From the IMG/VR virus record IMGVR_UViG_3300042015_000154, positions 40 to 64,039 of that record: 64,000 bases of DNA. One strand, 5' to 3'. The translations under genes were made by a program, and so were the position numbers. Shown piece by piece: positions 9,365 through 21,000 of this stretch. The stretch comes from a virus. Lineage: Duplodnaviria; Caudoviricetes. The notes below the pieces were generated by a model. The model made no database searches. It worked only from the letters and a program-made list of their open reading frames with translations, and was not told the origin of the DNA. Positions within the stretch are counted from its first letter, which is position 1. Every line of letters begins with the position of its first letter.

Positions 9365-10651
9365 ATGTCCGACAACGCCATTGCCCTGCTCCAGCAGGGT
9401 GCCAGCCAACTCCCCGCCGCAATCCGCGCTCAGATGGAGTCGATGACTTCCAGCGAGCTGCAGGCCAATGTCGGCGCCAGCTTCGCCGTGATGTCGATCA
9501 AGGGCAAGTCCTTCTCGATCAAGTTCGGCGGCCAGACCACCCTGCTCGTGATGGAAGCCGGCGGCCAGCAGTACCCCGCCCAGTTCTTCGACTGCGTGAT
9601 CCCGATTGCGAAGGCCGAGCTGTCGAAGACGTGGTACAAGGGCACCTACTCCGAAGGCGACGACGGCCAGCCCGACTGCTATTCCGAGGACGGCATCCAC
9701 CCGCTCGCACCGATGCAGCAGCGCCCGCTCGTGAACGGCTCGCCGTGCATCGACTGCCGCGTCTGCCCGAACAACATCTTCGGCTCGAAGGTCTCCGACA
9801 ACGGCTCGCGCGGCAAGGCGTGCAGCGACACCCGCAAGGTGCTCGTGCTACCGATCGACAGCCGCACCGGCCTGCTCGACGCGCACAACGTCAAGTTCGG
9901 CGGCCCCATGCTGCTGCGCATCCCGCCGGCCAGCCTGCGCGTGCTGGGCGACTACGACGCGAAGCTCAACCATATGGGCGCCAGCTACATCGGTGTCGTG
10001 ACGCGCATCGAGTTCGACCCGACCGTGGCGTTCCCGAAGCTGGTGTTCAAGGCGCTGCGCTACCTGAGCGACGCCGAAGCCGCCGACGTGCTCGAAGTGC
10101 GCAACGGCCTGCAGGCTCGCCAGATCCTCGAATCTGGCCAGACCGGCGCAGCCCCGCAGGCCCCGGACCCGTCCGTCGCTCAGCTCACCGGGCCGATGCC
10201 GGTCGCCCAGCCCGCCCCGACGAACGTGGTGCCGATCCACGCCGCTCCGCAGCCGGCGCCGGTGGCCGTGGCCAACCCCACGCCCGTCGCGCCTGCGCCC
10301 GCTCCCACGCCCGTTGCTCCCGCTCCGGTGGCCGCTGCTCCCGCGCCTGTTGCTCCCGTTCCGGCGCCTGTTGCTCCGCCGGTCCCGGTCGCTGCACCCG
10401 TCGCCCCGGCGTTCCCGCCGGCGGGCTGGCAGGCGCACCCGACCGCGCCGGGCTACTTCCACGACGGGGTACAGGCCATCAGCGAGGCCGAGCTGCGGCT
10501 GCGCATGCAGGCCGCGGCAGCCCCGGCCGCACCGCCGGTGCCCGCGATCCCTGCCGCTGCCGTAGCGGCCGCTCCGGCGCCCTCTGACGCCGTGGCGGTC
10601 ACCCCGCAGATGATGGCCTCCGTGGACAACATGCTCGCCGGCCTGCAGTGA
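9365..10651 (+). CDS. Putative ssDNA-binding/annealing protein with Cys cluster and long Pro/Ala-rich tail
   Basis: PDCYSEDG..P, CRVCP.N.FGS, GKAC, LRIPPASL motifs; strong codon bias; function inferred from context. Confidence 0.65.
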   Translation: MSDNAIALLQQGASQLPAAIRAQMESMTSSELQANVGASFAVMSIKGKSFSIKFGGQTTLLVMEAGGQQYPAQFFDCVIPIAKAELSKTWYKGTYSEGDDGQPDCYSEDGIHPLAPMQQRPLVNGSPCIDCRVCPNNIFGSKVSDNGSRGKACSDTRKVLVLPIDSRTGLLDAHNVKFGGPMLLRIPPASLRVLGDYDAKLNHMGASYIGVVTRIEFDPTVAFPKLVFKALRYLSDAEAADVLEVRNGLQARQILESGQTGAAPQAPDPSVAQLTGPMPVAQPAPTNVVPIHAAPQPAPVAVANPTPVAPAPAPTPVAPAPVAAAPAPVAPVPAPVAPPVPVAAPVAPAFPPAGWQAHPTAPGYFHDGVQAISEAELRLRMQAAAAPAAPPVPAIPAAAVAAAPAPSDAVAVTPQMMASVDNMLAGLQ

Positions 10652-10657
10652 CTGGTG

Positions 10658-10689
10658 GGGGCGGCGGCGCGGGTGCCCGCCGCCCCTTT
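10658..10689 (+). terminator. Putative terminator
   Basis: GGGGCGGCGG/CCGCCGCCCC stem followed by TTT. Confidence 0.55.
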
Positions 10690-10715
10690 AGTTCGCTACG
10701 TCACGCGGGGGAGCA

Positions 10716-13700
10716 ATGTCTACCGAGAACTTTCTAAATGCGGTGCTGCCCACACAGGGGCATCGTTTCAGCCTAGTCAACTTCGGCAAGCAGGGCGATC
10801 CTGACTTCCGTCCGGTGCAGCGCCAGTTCCTGCCCGGTGACACGGTGAACCTCATCGAGCACGCGCAGTGGGGCTCGCGCCAAGGCGGCAACTCCTTCTT
10901 CGCCGTGGGCGGCTTCAACATCGGCTTCAACGAGAAGGGCAACCCTGCGCGCTTCGCTGAGCTGGCCGTATGGCATCGTTGCCTGCGGCTGGATCTCGAC
11001 TGCGGCGCGGCGAAGGCGGTGAAGGGCGAGGGCTACCTCGACAAGCGCACGGCGCTGCTCGCGATCCTGTCGTTCTGCCAGCGCTTCGCCCTGCCGACCC
11101 CGTGGCTCGTCGACTCCGGCGGCGGCGTGCACGTGTACTGGGCGTTCGACCGCGACGTGTCGCTGCAGGACTGGCTGCCGATGGCGCAGCGCCTGCAGGC
11201 GGCCTGCGACGCGGCCGGCGTGATCGCTGACAGCACGACGACGTGCGACGCGGCGCGCGTGCTGCGCGTCCCGGAGACGATCAACCACAAGCCCGAGCTG
11301 GCCAAGCCCGTCGTGCGCGTGATGCAGGAGGGCCACAGCGTCGCGCCCGAGACGATCGTGGCCAACTTCCCGGCGGTGGCCCCGGCGATCGCGGGGCGCA
11401 TGCCGAACGTGCTGCGCAGCCGCGGCAGCGAACTGCAGGCGAACCTGCACCAGCCATACTTCATGCGTGAGCTGCTGCGGCAGTGCCCCGGCATGCGTGC
11501 AATGCTGGCCAACGGTGGCGCCAGCGCGAGCGAGCCGCTGTGGAAGCTGGCGCTGGATCTGGTCAACAAGTCCGACAACGACGAGGACCAGAAGTGGGAG
11601 GTGGCCAAGGCTATCTCCAAGGGCCACTCGTCCTACGACGAAGGCGCGCTGTCCGCGAAGTGGAGCCAGACGCAAGCGCAGGACTACCACCCCCCGACCT
11701 GCAATCGCCTCGCCGGTGCCGGCATGCGCGAGTGCAAGTCGTGCCCCCTACAGGGCAAGATCTCGTCACCGCTGGTGCTGGGCCGTCCGGTCCTCGAAGC
11801 GCCGCGTGACGAGATCGCGCCCGCCCCCATGTCGCCGGCGGCGACGGTTGCGGACCACCCGCCCGCAGTTGCTGCCGTTCCCCTCCCCCCGGAAGCGCCC
11901 CAGCCGCCGGCGACACCCTCTGTCCTGCCCCCGCCGGTGCCGGCGTTCGTCCAGCAGATCCAGATCTTCGAGATCTCGAACATCTCGAAGGTGAAGATCA
12001 TCGACGGCCGCCTCACCAGTCGACTGCTCGTGGCCAACGGCGTGCCGATGCAGGTGAAGGACAGCCAGCCCGACGCCAACGGCGTGCGCACCCAGTACAA
12101 CCAGCGGTTTTTCGACTACAAATTGCTCAGCGTCGAGCGCATGCTCGACCACAGCGCGCAACGTGGCGCTACGGTCCTGACGTTCGAGCGCCCGAAGGAC
12201 GGCCCGGTTGAAGTGGAGTTCGACTCCAAGGACTTCGCCGAGCCGCGCAACTTCTACCTGAAGATGCACGACGCCGGCCTGTACGCGCCCCGCAAAGACG
12301 TCACCGAGTTCGTGGAAAAGTTTATGACCGAATTCCTCGCCGCCCTACAGAAGTCACGCGCCGCCTCGCAGATCTCCGGCCGCTGCGGCTGGACGGAGGA
12401 CATGAAGTCGTTCGTGCTGGGCAACGTGATCTATAACGACGATGGCACCAGCCAGCACATCCGCACCGCTGTCGCGCCGGGCGAGATGGACGGCTATCAC
12501 GCTGCCGGCGATGCCGCCGCGTGGCGTGCCGCCTTCGACATCGCGTTGTCCGGCGGCGTCGACCGGCAGTGCGTGCTCGCCCTGTCGATCGCCGGTCCGC
12601 TGATGGTGTTCACCGGCCTCGACGGCGTGTTGCTCAACGCCTACTCGCCCGAGTCGGGCGTGGGCAAGTCGACGCTGTGCGACGCCGCCCTGTCGATCTG
12701 GGGGGCGCCGAACGTGCTGCGCAAGGACTTCCGCGACACGGCGAACGCGACGTTCAAACTGGCCAGCGTCATGGGCAACATGCCGATGGTGATCGACGAG
12801 TTCACCAACGTCGAAGGCAAGGCCCTGTCGGATTACGTCTACACCATCACGCAGGGCCGCGAGAAGCACCGCCTCGGCAGCGACGCGCGCCTGAACCAGA
12901 ACGCGCAGCGCTGGTGCCTTGCCGCGATCGCGACGTCGAACAACTCGGTGCACGAGAAGCTGCAGGACTACCGCCGCGACGCGACGGCCGAAGCGGCACG
13001 CGTGTTCGAGCTGCGCTTGCACCCGCTCGTGCTCACCGACGAGCAGCTGGCCATCAACAAGGACCGGCTGGGCGCGCTGCGCAGCAGCTACGGGTTCATG
13101 GGGCCGGCGCTGGTGAAGCTGTTCATGGGTCACCCGCCCGCGGTGTGGCGTGCGCTGGTGATGAAGAAGATCCAAGAGTGGGACCGCCGCGCCAGCCAGT
13201 CCGCCGGCGATCGCTTCCGCTCCGCGACGTGCGCGCTGATGGAGATCGGTGCATCGCTGGGTGCATCGCTGGGCTACGCGTTCGACCCCGCCGCCGTCAC
13301 CGAGCTGCTGGCGTCGCACTGGAACAAGCAGGTCGACGAGTTCGAGGCCGAGCGCCTGCGCCCGGTCGACTTCGTGAACGGGTTCGTGCTGGAGCACCTG
13401 TCGGATCTCGCGCAGATCTCCACCGACTCGAAGAGCGGCGCGACCAACTGGCTCAACAGTCAGCAGATGCGCAAGGTGGTGGGCGAGACGCGCGGTGCGA
13501 TCGTCAACGGCCAGTTCCGCCCCACCACCGTGATGATCCCGCTGAACCACCTGCGCGAGTACGTGAAGGACAAGCACGGCAACTACAAGGCCGTGATCGA
13601 GTGGCTGTCGAAGGCGAGCATCGTCTCGCGCATCGGCATGCTGGGTTACCTGTCCGGCACGAACTCCCAGATCCAAACCCAAGCCGTTGAGCTGCAGTGG

Positions 13701-13766
13701 AACGGCGTCATGGGGCTCCCGTCACTGCAGGCCGTCGACCCACCCTCTCAGGAGAACGTAGCATGA
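10716..13766 (+). CDS. Primase-helicase (RepB/AEP-like primase, DUF927-like region, P-loop helicase)
   Basis: LDLD, DSGGGVHVYW, RVLRVPET primase motifs; Cys cluster TC...CKSCP; Walker A SGVGKST; Walker B MVIDE. Confidence 0.9.
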   Translation: MSTENFLNAVLPTQGHRFSLVNFGKQGDPDFRPVQRQFLPGDTVNLIEHAQWGSRQGGNSFFAVGGFNIGFNEKGNPARFAELAVWHRCLRLDLDCGAAKAVKGEGYLDKRTALLAILSFCQRFALPTPWLVDSGGGVHVYWAFDRDVSLQDWLPMAQRLQAACDAAGVIADSTTTCDAARVLRVPETINHKPELAKPVVRVMQEGHSVAPETIVANFPAVAPAIAGRMPNVLRSRGSELQANLHQPYFMRELLRQCPGMRAMLANGGASASEPLWKLALDLVNKSDNDEDQKWEVAKAISKGHSSYDEGALSAKWSQTQAQDYHPPTCNRLAGAGMRECKSCPLQGKISSPLVLGRPVLEAPRDEIAPAPMSPAATVADHPPAVAAVPLPPEAPQPPATPSVLPPPVPAFVQQIQIFEISNISKVKIIDGRLTSRLLVANGVPMQVKDSQPDANGVRTQYNQRFFDYKLLSVERMLDHSAQRGATVLTFERPKDGPVEVEFDSKDFAEPRNFYLKMHDAGLYAPRKDVTEFVEKFMTEFLAALQKSRAASQISGRCGWTEDMKSFVLGNVIYNDDGTSQHIRTAVAPGEMDGYHAAGDAAAWRAAFDIALSGGVDRQCVLALSIAGPLMVFTGLDGVLLNAYSPESGVGKSTLCDAALSIWGAPNVLRKDFRDTANATFKLASVMGNMPMVIDEFTNVEGKALSDYVYTITQGREKHRLGSDARLNQNAQRWCLAAIATSNNSVHEKLQDYRRDATAEAARVFELRLHPLVLTDEQLAINKDRLGALRSSYGFMGPALVKLFMGHPPAVWRALVMKKIQEWDRRASQSAGDRFRSATCALMEIGASLGASLGYAFDPAAVTELLASHWNKQVDEFEAERLRPVDFVNGFVLEHLSDLAQISTDSKSGATNWLNSQQMRKVVGETRGAIVNGQFRPTTVMIPLNHLREYVKDKHGNYKAVIEWLSKASIVSRIGMLGYLSGTNSQIQTQAVELQWNGVMGLPSLQAVDPPSQENVA

Positions 13767-14278
13767 GTACCGAAACCCCCCGCCTTACTCCCTTCGATGC
13801 CGTCAAGTCGCTCGACTCCATTGAAGGCGTGAAGTCCTTCATCAACGACATCGCCGAATCCGACAGCAAGGCTGTGCTGCTGCAGGGTCTCCAGACCGCT
13901 GCGCTCGCGCTGCGCCCGCACTGCGACCCCGACGACTTCCGACTGATCGTGCCGGCCGAAGCGCTGGCCGCGATCCAGTCCATCCCCCCGCTCGACATCG
14001 CCGAGTACCCGCCGGAGCTGCACGCCGTTGCGGCGTCGACCCCCGATGCGATGTTCAGCGTGCTCGTGCAGCTGCGCAACACCACGCAGCAGGAGATCCT
14101 GAAGGCGCTGGGGTTCTACCTCCCATGCAACTGTGGCGTTGAAACGCGTCACGAGCCCTTCGCCGAAGGCGTGTGCGCGCTGAACGACCAGCTCGAACTC
14201 ACGATCGCCGCGGCCGGCAACGCGCCGGACATGGTGGTCGAACTCTGCCCGGAGGACGACGATGAAGTGGCTCGCTAA
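13763..14278 (+). CDS. Hypothetical protein resembling addiction-module antidote (HI1420/HigA-like) proteins
   Basis: AGGAG RBS; N-terminus LTPFDA..LDS.E and later ILKALGFYL; similarity judged by eye. Confidence 0.55.
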   Translation: MSTETPRLTPFDAVKSLDSIEGVKSFINDIAESDSKAVLLQGLQTAALALRPHCDPDDFRLIVPAEALAAIQSIPPLDIAEYPPELHAVAASTPDAMFSVLVQLRNTTQQEILKALGFYLPCNCGVETRHEPFAEGVCALNDQLELTIAAAGNAPDMVVELCPEDDDEVAR

Positions 14279-14909
14279 TCTGTTCGCCCCCGCGCCCGAG
14301 GCCGCGCCCGAGGCCGCGCAGCTGTCGCCGTACGGGCGGCAGATCCTCGCCTCGATGTCGATGACGCCGGACGAGTGGTCGCTCGGCGAGGACGTGGCCA
14401 GCCATCCGACGTTCGGTGGGTTCAGGCACACCACCAGCGGGTGGCAGCCGAAGGTACCGACCACGTTTGCCACCGGCGACGTAAAGGCAGACAAGAAGTA
14501 CCGCCGGTTCAATCGCTACGATCGTGCAGCGATCGCGCAGCGCATCGACGCCATGCTGGAAAGCGAGCTGATCATCGAGACGTCGAAAACGGAGCAGTCT
14601 CACGCCGCGCTGGGGCCTATCGCCCAGCGCGTGGGAGCAGCTTTGGGCATGGGGCCACCGACTGCCCCGCCTCTCAAGGCTACGGAGCTACGCGCAAAGA
14701 TGCAGGAAACCGCGGAGCGGATCGCGCAGGCCCAGCAGCGAATGGACAAGCCTCAGGAGGCTATGCTGATGGATCGCATGAAGCTGCTGGCGGACGAAAT
14801 TGTGATCGTCGAGGCCCAAGATGCGCACCTGCAGCAGCGCGCCATGTACGACCAGATGCTCTCGATGAATGCGATCGCCCAAACCTTCGGGTTGAAGCAG
14901 AACTACTAG
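14262..14909 (+). CDS. Hypothetical protein
   Basis: GGAGG RBS; last + strand ORF before the convergent terminator. Confidence 0.65.
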   Translation: MKWLANLFAPAPEAAPEAAQLSPYGRQILASMSMTPDEWSLGEDVASHPTFGGFRHTTSGWQPKVPTTFATGDVKADKKYRRFNRYDRAAIAQRIDAMLESELIIETSKTEQSHAALGPIAQRVGAALGMGPPTAPPLKATELRAKMQETAERIAQAQQRMDKPQEAMLMDRMKLLADEIVIVEAQDAHLQQRAMYDQMLSMNAIAQTFGLKQNY

Positions 14910-14973
14910 CAGTGCTACGCTGGCCCCGTCACGTTTGAGAGGACGTGGCGGCGATCTCTCCCCTGAGAGCCCC

Positions 14974-15012
14974 GAAGGCCCGGTGCCCCCCTGCACCGGG
15001 CCTTCACTTTTT
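14974..15012 (+). terminator. Terminator between the convergent replication and structural modules
   Basis: 13-bp perfect stem GAAGGCCCGGTGC/GCACCGGGCCTTC followed by ACTTTTT. Confidence 0.8.
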
Positions 15013-18000
15013 ACTGGCCCAGCAGTTTCTTGACCGCGGCCTCGTCCTTGCGCAGCCCGCCGCCCTCGCGATCGCGCTTGGCTTCCTTCGCCTTCGCGAT
15101 CTGGTCCTGCGAGATCCGGAACGGCCGCGGCGCGTTGGCGTTGAACTCGCGGATCTCGTCGGCCACGTCCTCGCCAGTACGCGCCGCCTGCATCAGCCGG
15201 CGGCGTTCGTTGATGATCCGCGCGCTGGTCTGCTTCAGCTCGGTGCGATCGCTGTAGGCGCGGCTGGTGGCCAGCGGGGTCAGGCCCAGCGTGTTGATCG
15301 CGAGGTTCCCCCATCCCAGCTCGCTCGGCGGCACGAACGTGTCGCCATCCTTGTCGACGATGCCCTCGCGTGCCCACTTCATCGAGCGCGCCACCGAGCG
15401 TGCCGCGGCCGGCAGCCCGTTCACCGCGCTGCTGAAGTCGCCGTTTGCTGCAGCAGCGGTACCGGCCACCACGCGCTTGGCGTTGGAGTACGGTGCGCCC
15501 AGTCCGTAGATCACCCACTTGTCCATCGTCTGGCCAGCGTTGTCGCCTTCCTTGATGTTGGCGAAGCGGCTGTCGGCCAGCACGGGGATGCCGATGCGAT
15601 CGCTCATGTCCACGCCCAGCACCGCCGGCAGGCCCTTCTCGGCGACGGTGCCGCCGTATTCGCCGAAGGTGTCCTGCAGCAGATCCTTGAGCAGCTGTTC
15701 GCCCGACTTCCAGTCGTCCTCATCGTCCGGTGACATCGCCGCGAACGCGAGCAGCGCCATCTTCGCCAGCCACGCTGCAGGCCCGAGCCCCGCTGCACCC
15801 GCCGCGGCTGCGTGCGTGGCCATCAGGTAGGCGAACGTGCGACGTCCCTGCTTGCGTTCCTCCGGGGTCTTGCCGCGCATCGCCAGCGCTGCGTTGCGGG
15901 CGAACAGCGCGTACATGCCCTGCATGTAGAGCTTGAACTGCAGGATGACGTTGAGCCCCAGCTTGTTGAACGCGAGGGGGCGATTCATCCGCGAGTAGTC
16001 GAGCTGGGTGTCCGCCACCATGTCGTCGGCGAACTGCTGCAGCAGCGTCTCGTCGGTCGGATCCACGATGCGCTCGTCCTTGGCCAGACGGTAGGCGGCG
16101 AGCGCGGTGGTGACGCGGTTCATCGCCTCCACCTGCTGCGGGAAGGCCATGCCCATGCGCTGCAGGTTCGACCACTTCTGCGACGCCGTGCCCGACGCCA
16201 TCGCATCCTCCAGCGACGACAGCCAGCTGAAGTCGAGCGTGCCGCGCTCCAGCAGCGACTTCAGCATCTTCTTCTCGCTGTCGGTCTTGCCGAAGCGCTC
16301 GACGATATCCTCCGCCGTCTCCTGCAGGGTCTGCTCGTTGCCCTTCTTGCCCATCAGGCCCTTGGTCTCGTTGATGAAGTCCGAGAACCCGCGCTTGGTG
16401 AAGAACGGCAGTGCGCCGGCGTATGCGTCCTTCATGTACTTCGCCGCCTTGGCCATGCCGATCGACTGCCCGCCGGGCGTGGTGAGCCCCGCGATCGTCG
16501 GCAGCGCCACCGTCCACGGCTGCAGCGAGTTGGTGAGCACGTACGCCGGGTTGAAGCCCAGCGAGTACAGCGAGCTGGCTTCGGTGATCGTGTTCATCAC
16601 CCGGTTGCCCACGTTGTCCGCCATGCGCGCGGCGATCGCCTTCTGGTTGGACGCCAGCGAGTTGAGCACGCGTGCGGTGGGCTCGTACGTCTTCGCCTTC
16701 TCCCACGCCGCCTGCCAGTTCTTGTTGATCTGGGCGCCGTGCTCCACCGCGCTGTAGTGGTGCGCAGCGCCTTGGTACCGGTGGGCGTACGCACGCAGCA
16801 TCTGCTTGCTGGCGCCGAACACGTTCTGGCGCGGCAGCAGCGACTGGCGGTAGTTGTTCTCCGGCAGCGACTCGATCGCCAGACGCTCCAGCACCGCGGC
16901 GATCTCGGGGTCGAGCTTGTTATCCGACACCAGCGTGCGCACCTCCTGCATGAACTCCGGCGATGCACGGCGCGTGTCGGCGTAGTCGTCACGGTTGCCG
17001 GTCGGGTTGGAGATGATCGGCGACTTCTCTCCGTCCTCGCCTTCCGGCATCGCCTCGCCCGCCTCGTCGAAGTCGACGTTGTTGGCCATGTAGTGCTCGC
17101 GCACCTCCGACTCGATGTCGGCGCGGGCAGCGTGCGCCGCGGCCGCCGACTCGAAGAAGTACACGCCCTTCTGGAACACACGCACGAGGTACTTGCCTTC
17201 GGGCGTGCGCTCGACGCGGATGGACGCGCCGGGGTTGAGCGCGCGCTGGTTGCGCATCTCGTCCCGCGCTTCGGTCTTGGTGTCGAAGAACTCGCCGCCT
17301 TCCTTGCCGCCCTGCCCGACATAGAACGCCGGCAGCTGCACGGTCACGCGCCAGTCGCCGAAGCGCATCAGCGGGAAGTACGGGCCCTCGCGCATCTCCG
17401 CCTGCTGGTGCTTGATGCGCTTGATGATCTGGTCCTTGGCCTTGTCGCTGAAGTTGGCCGTGGACACGTTCTCGATCATCTTCTCCAGCGTCTTCTCGTG
17501 CAGGCTGGTGAACGCGTTGCGCAGGCCGGCGTAGATCTCCGCCGTCTTCGGGTCGGCCTTCACCATCGCGGTGTACAGGTCAGCCACGCCGGTGTAGCGC
17601 TTCTGCTGCACCGTCACCACGTCCTGCGAGCCCCGCAGCAGGTGCGCGTTCGCCTTGTCGGTGATCGGCAGCTCCGGGTGCACCTTGAAGTGCGTGGACT
17701 GGTACATCACCTTCTCCAGCGTGGTGCGCACGCGCGCATCGAGCTGGTTGGCCTGCTCCATCCACTTCGAGCCGTCCTCCATCGTCGCCTTGGCGGTCTT
17801 CGCCTTCAGCTGCTGGTTGCGCACCCAGCCCGACAGTGCCGGGCCGAGGGGCGTGTCGCGGTACTGACGCTCGATCTGGCGAAGCGTCATCAGCGACAGG
17901 CCGAAGCGCTTGAGCTGTTCGGCCGAACGACTCTTCACCACCGGCTGCATCGCCTCCTGCACATCGGCCATCGTCGCTTCGCCCGACATCATCGAGCGCA

Positions 18001-21000
18001 GCGGGGCGAGCGCGTTGGTCGCGGTGCGGGCCAGCAGGTTGGTGCCGGCGCGCGCGGCGGGCTCGCTATCATCGGCGAACTCGGCGTGGTCGTAGTTCGT
18101 GCCGGGAACGCGCGGCATCTCGCTCAGCACGAGCGTGCCGTTGACCCAGCGGTCGAGCGCTTCGGCCCACGCCGCGTCGGGCTTCGGGGTGCCGGTGACC
18201 GCCGCGTAGATCGCGCGCATGACGTCGGCGATCTTCTTGAAGAACTTCTCCACGGCGCCCAGATGCGGGCGGTTCGGGTCCAGCAGGTACAGCGCTGCGT
18301 TGCGCGCCGCCCACTCGTGGAAGCTCTCGGCGTACGCGCGGTTCGTCGCCCCACCCTGATACACCGCGCGCTCGATGCCGGGCATGTGGTCCTTCAGGAT
18401 GTCGTCGACCGAGCGCCCCTGCTGCAGCTTCAGCCACGCGCTGTACGCGCGGTCGATCGCACGCTGGGTGCGCGGGTCGGCGCGGCCGAACAGCTCGGTG
18501 CTGACCATGTGGCCGTACTCGTGCGCCAGCACCTCGATCGCAGCGCCCTCGAACTTGAAGCGCGGCCAGTCGACGGCGAGCACGTAGTTCGTGGTCTTGT
18601 TCGCCGCGTCCGTCTGGCGGATGAACTTGCCGTTCGGGATGCGGCCGTTCTTGAACGCACCGGGGAAGTAGCGCATCGCGTCCTTCACCGACATCACCGT
18701 CACCGGCGCGGAGAACTTGTTGCCGCCCTTCTCGAACTGGCGCACCCAGTCGTTGACGAGCCCCTTCACCGCTGCAGGGATCTCGCCCAGCTCGGTGGCG
18801 TGCGGCTGCTTGTCCTGCGACTCGTGGTCGGCCATGTCCGGGATGCGCGAGCCGATGGTGTCGTTCTCGGCGCGGCGGATGGCGTGCGCCACCTCCGTGG
18901 CACCGCGCATGACCTGCTTGGCCACCGTCGAGTCTTGGATGCGCTGGTACGTCGACTGCAGCGTGGCTTCGAGCTGCGCGTCGGTCTGGCCGGCGATCAC
19001 CTTCAGGATCTGCTTGCCCTGCAGCTCGTTCTCCAGCACGTTGTCGAGCGCCGGCGAGATGGCCGTGATCATCTGGCGTGCGGTGGACTGCGAGGGGAAG
19101 TAGCCGCTGGCCAGCTCGGCCTTTGCTTCGGCGCGCATCACCCGCAGGAAACCGCGCGCTTCGCTCACCACCAGCGGCAGGTACGCGATCGGCGACGTCT
19201 TCGGGCGCTCGCGCGGTCGACCACGCTCACCCTGCTTGGCGGTGTGCTCCAGTTCGAGCTGGCGCTTGGTGGCCTCGCGCTCGAACGCGGCGCCGTCGGG
19301 GGAGTCGGCGACGACGGTGCGCAGCTTGTCCTCCGCGGCCGACACGGCGGCATCGAGCATCGTGTCCATCTGGTCGAACGCGGTAGCGGCCGCTTCCACC
19401 TTGGCGCGGTCGACGGCGCTGAGCGTCTGCCCGTCCATCGCCTGACCCACGAGGTAGCGCGCGTCCTCGTCGATCGCCTGCACGCGCAGATCCACCTCTG
19501 CGCCCTTCCGCCCCGTGAGGGTGGTCAGGCGCGTCGGCAGCTTGATGCGCTTGTTGTCCTTGCCCCGGACTTCTTCCGGCTTGCGCGTGGTAGCGCGCTC
19601 TACCGTATCCGCCGCGGGAAGGGCTGGCGCTTGCGCCGGCTTCTCGGCTCGCGCCATCGCGCGTTCCGCGCGGGTGGAAGTGTCGTTGTCTTTGCGGCCC
19701 GGGCGTTCGTCTTCATCCTTCGCCTTTCGCTTGAGCGTCTTCTTCGCGGGGGTGGAGGGTTCCTTCGGCTTGGCCATCGACCGGCGGGCTTGTGCCTTCT
19801 CCGGCGTGGTCACCTCCACCTTAGCGCCCTTCGGGGCGAGGCGCTTGACGGCCTTCGTTGCCGCCGGGACGTCGCTGGCCAGCTGCTCGGCTGCCACCGC
19901 GCCGGTGGGCGTCTTGGCCTGCACCACCTTCGCACCCTTGCGCAGTGCCTTCGCCTTGGGCTCGCTGTAGCCCACCAGCTTCGCGATCGAGTCGTCGGTC
20001 ATCCGCTTCATGCGGAACGCCTTCGCCTTGGCCGGGTCGGTGGTGATCAGGGTGCCGACGCCGGCACGGGTGACGCGCTGCGCGCCGGGCGGCAGCTGGC
20101 TGGGGATCTGGGCCTCGTTCCCGCTGGCCACGAACACGGCGTCGCGGGCGCTCTCCGGATCCGCCAGCGCGTCGAGCTGGGCGGCGATGTCCTCCGCCGG
20201 CTCAGGGGTGCTGGGGCTCACCTGCTGCTCGCTGGTGGCCACCACGGCCTCCGCGGCGGGCGTGGTGACGCCCGGGGCGGCGCCCGCCTTGCCACGGCGC
20301 AGGCGCTGCGTCTGCTGCCGGCTGGCCGCTTCCTCCGGGGACATCGGCACCGGGTTCTCGATCGGCGGCGGGGCGACGCCCATCGGGCGATCGCCGGTCG
20401 GAGCCACCTCGCCCGGGGGAGCGATCGGCTCGGACACCTCCACGGCGGCCGGAGCGGCAGCGGGCTCCACAGGAGCGGCTACAGGCTCCACGGCGGCGCC
20501 CGGCGCTACGCCGGTCGGCTCGCCCTCCTTCGCGGCCTGCCAGCGCTGTTCTGCGTCGGCCAGCGCAGCTTCGAGCCGCTGGATCTCGGCGGCCATCGCC
20601 CGGTTCTGCATCGAGCGGCCGCGGTTGCCGCCGCGCTGGTCGAATACGGCGCGGGCGTCGTCGAGCTGGTCTTCGAGATCGAAGATCTCCTGCTCGATCG
20701 AACGGGACTCCGGCTGCGGCAACGCCTGCGGGTTTTGTTCGCTCTGTGCGAGGCGGTCCTGCTGGCGCATGGACTGGGCGGCGCGGCGCTCGTTGAGGTT
20801 CGGGGCCGGGGGCTCGCCCTGCGGCACGCTGGCCGGCGCTGGGGCCGTGCCGTCGCCGAATGCGGGGCCCTGCAGGCTCGGCTGGCCGGCGAACACCGGG
20901 GCCTGTTCCTGCGGCTGTCCGAGGGGCTGGGGGGCGCCCTGACCGTAGCCGCGCTCGTACGCCGGGTTCATGCCCTGCTCGCGCGCCTGCTGTTCGAGCG

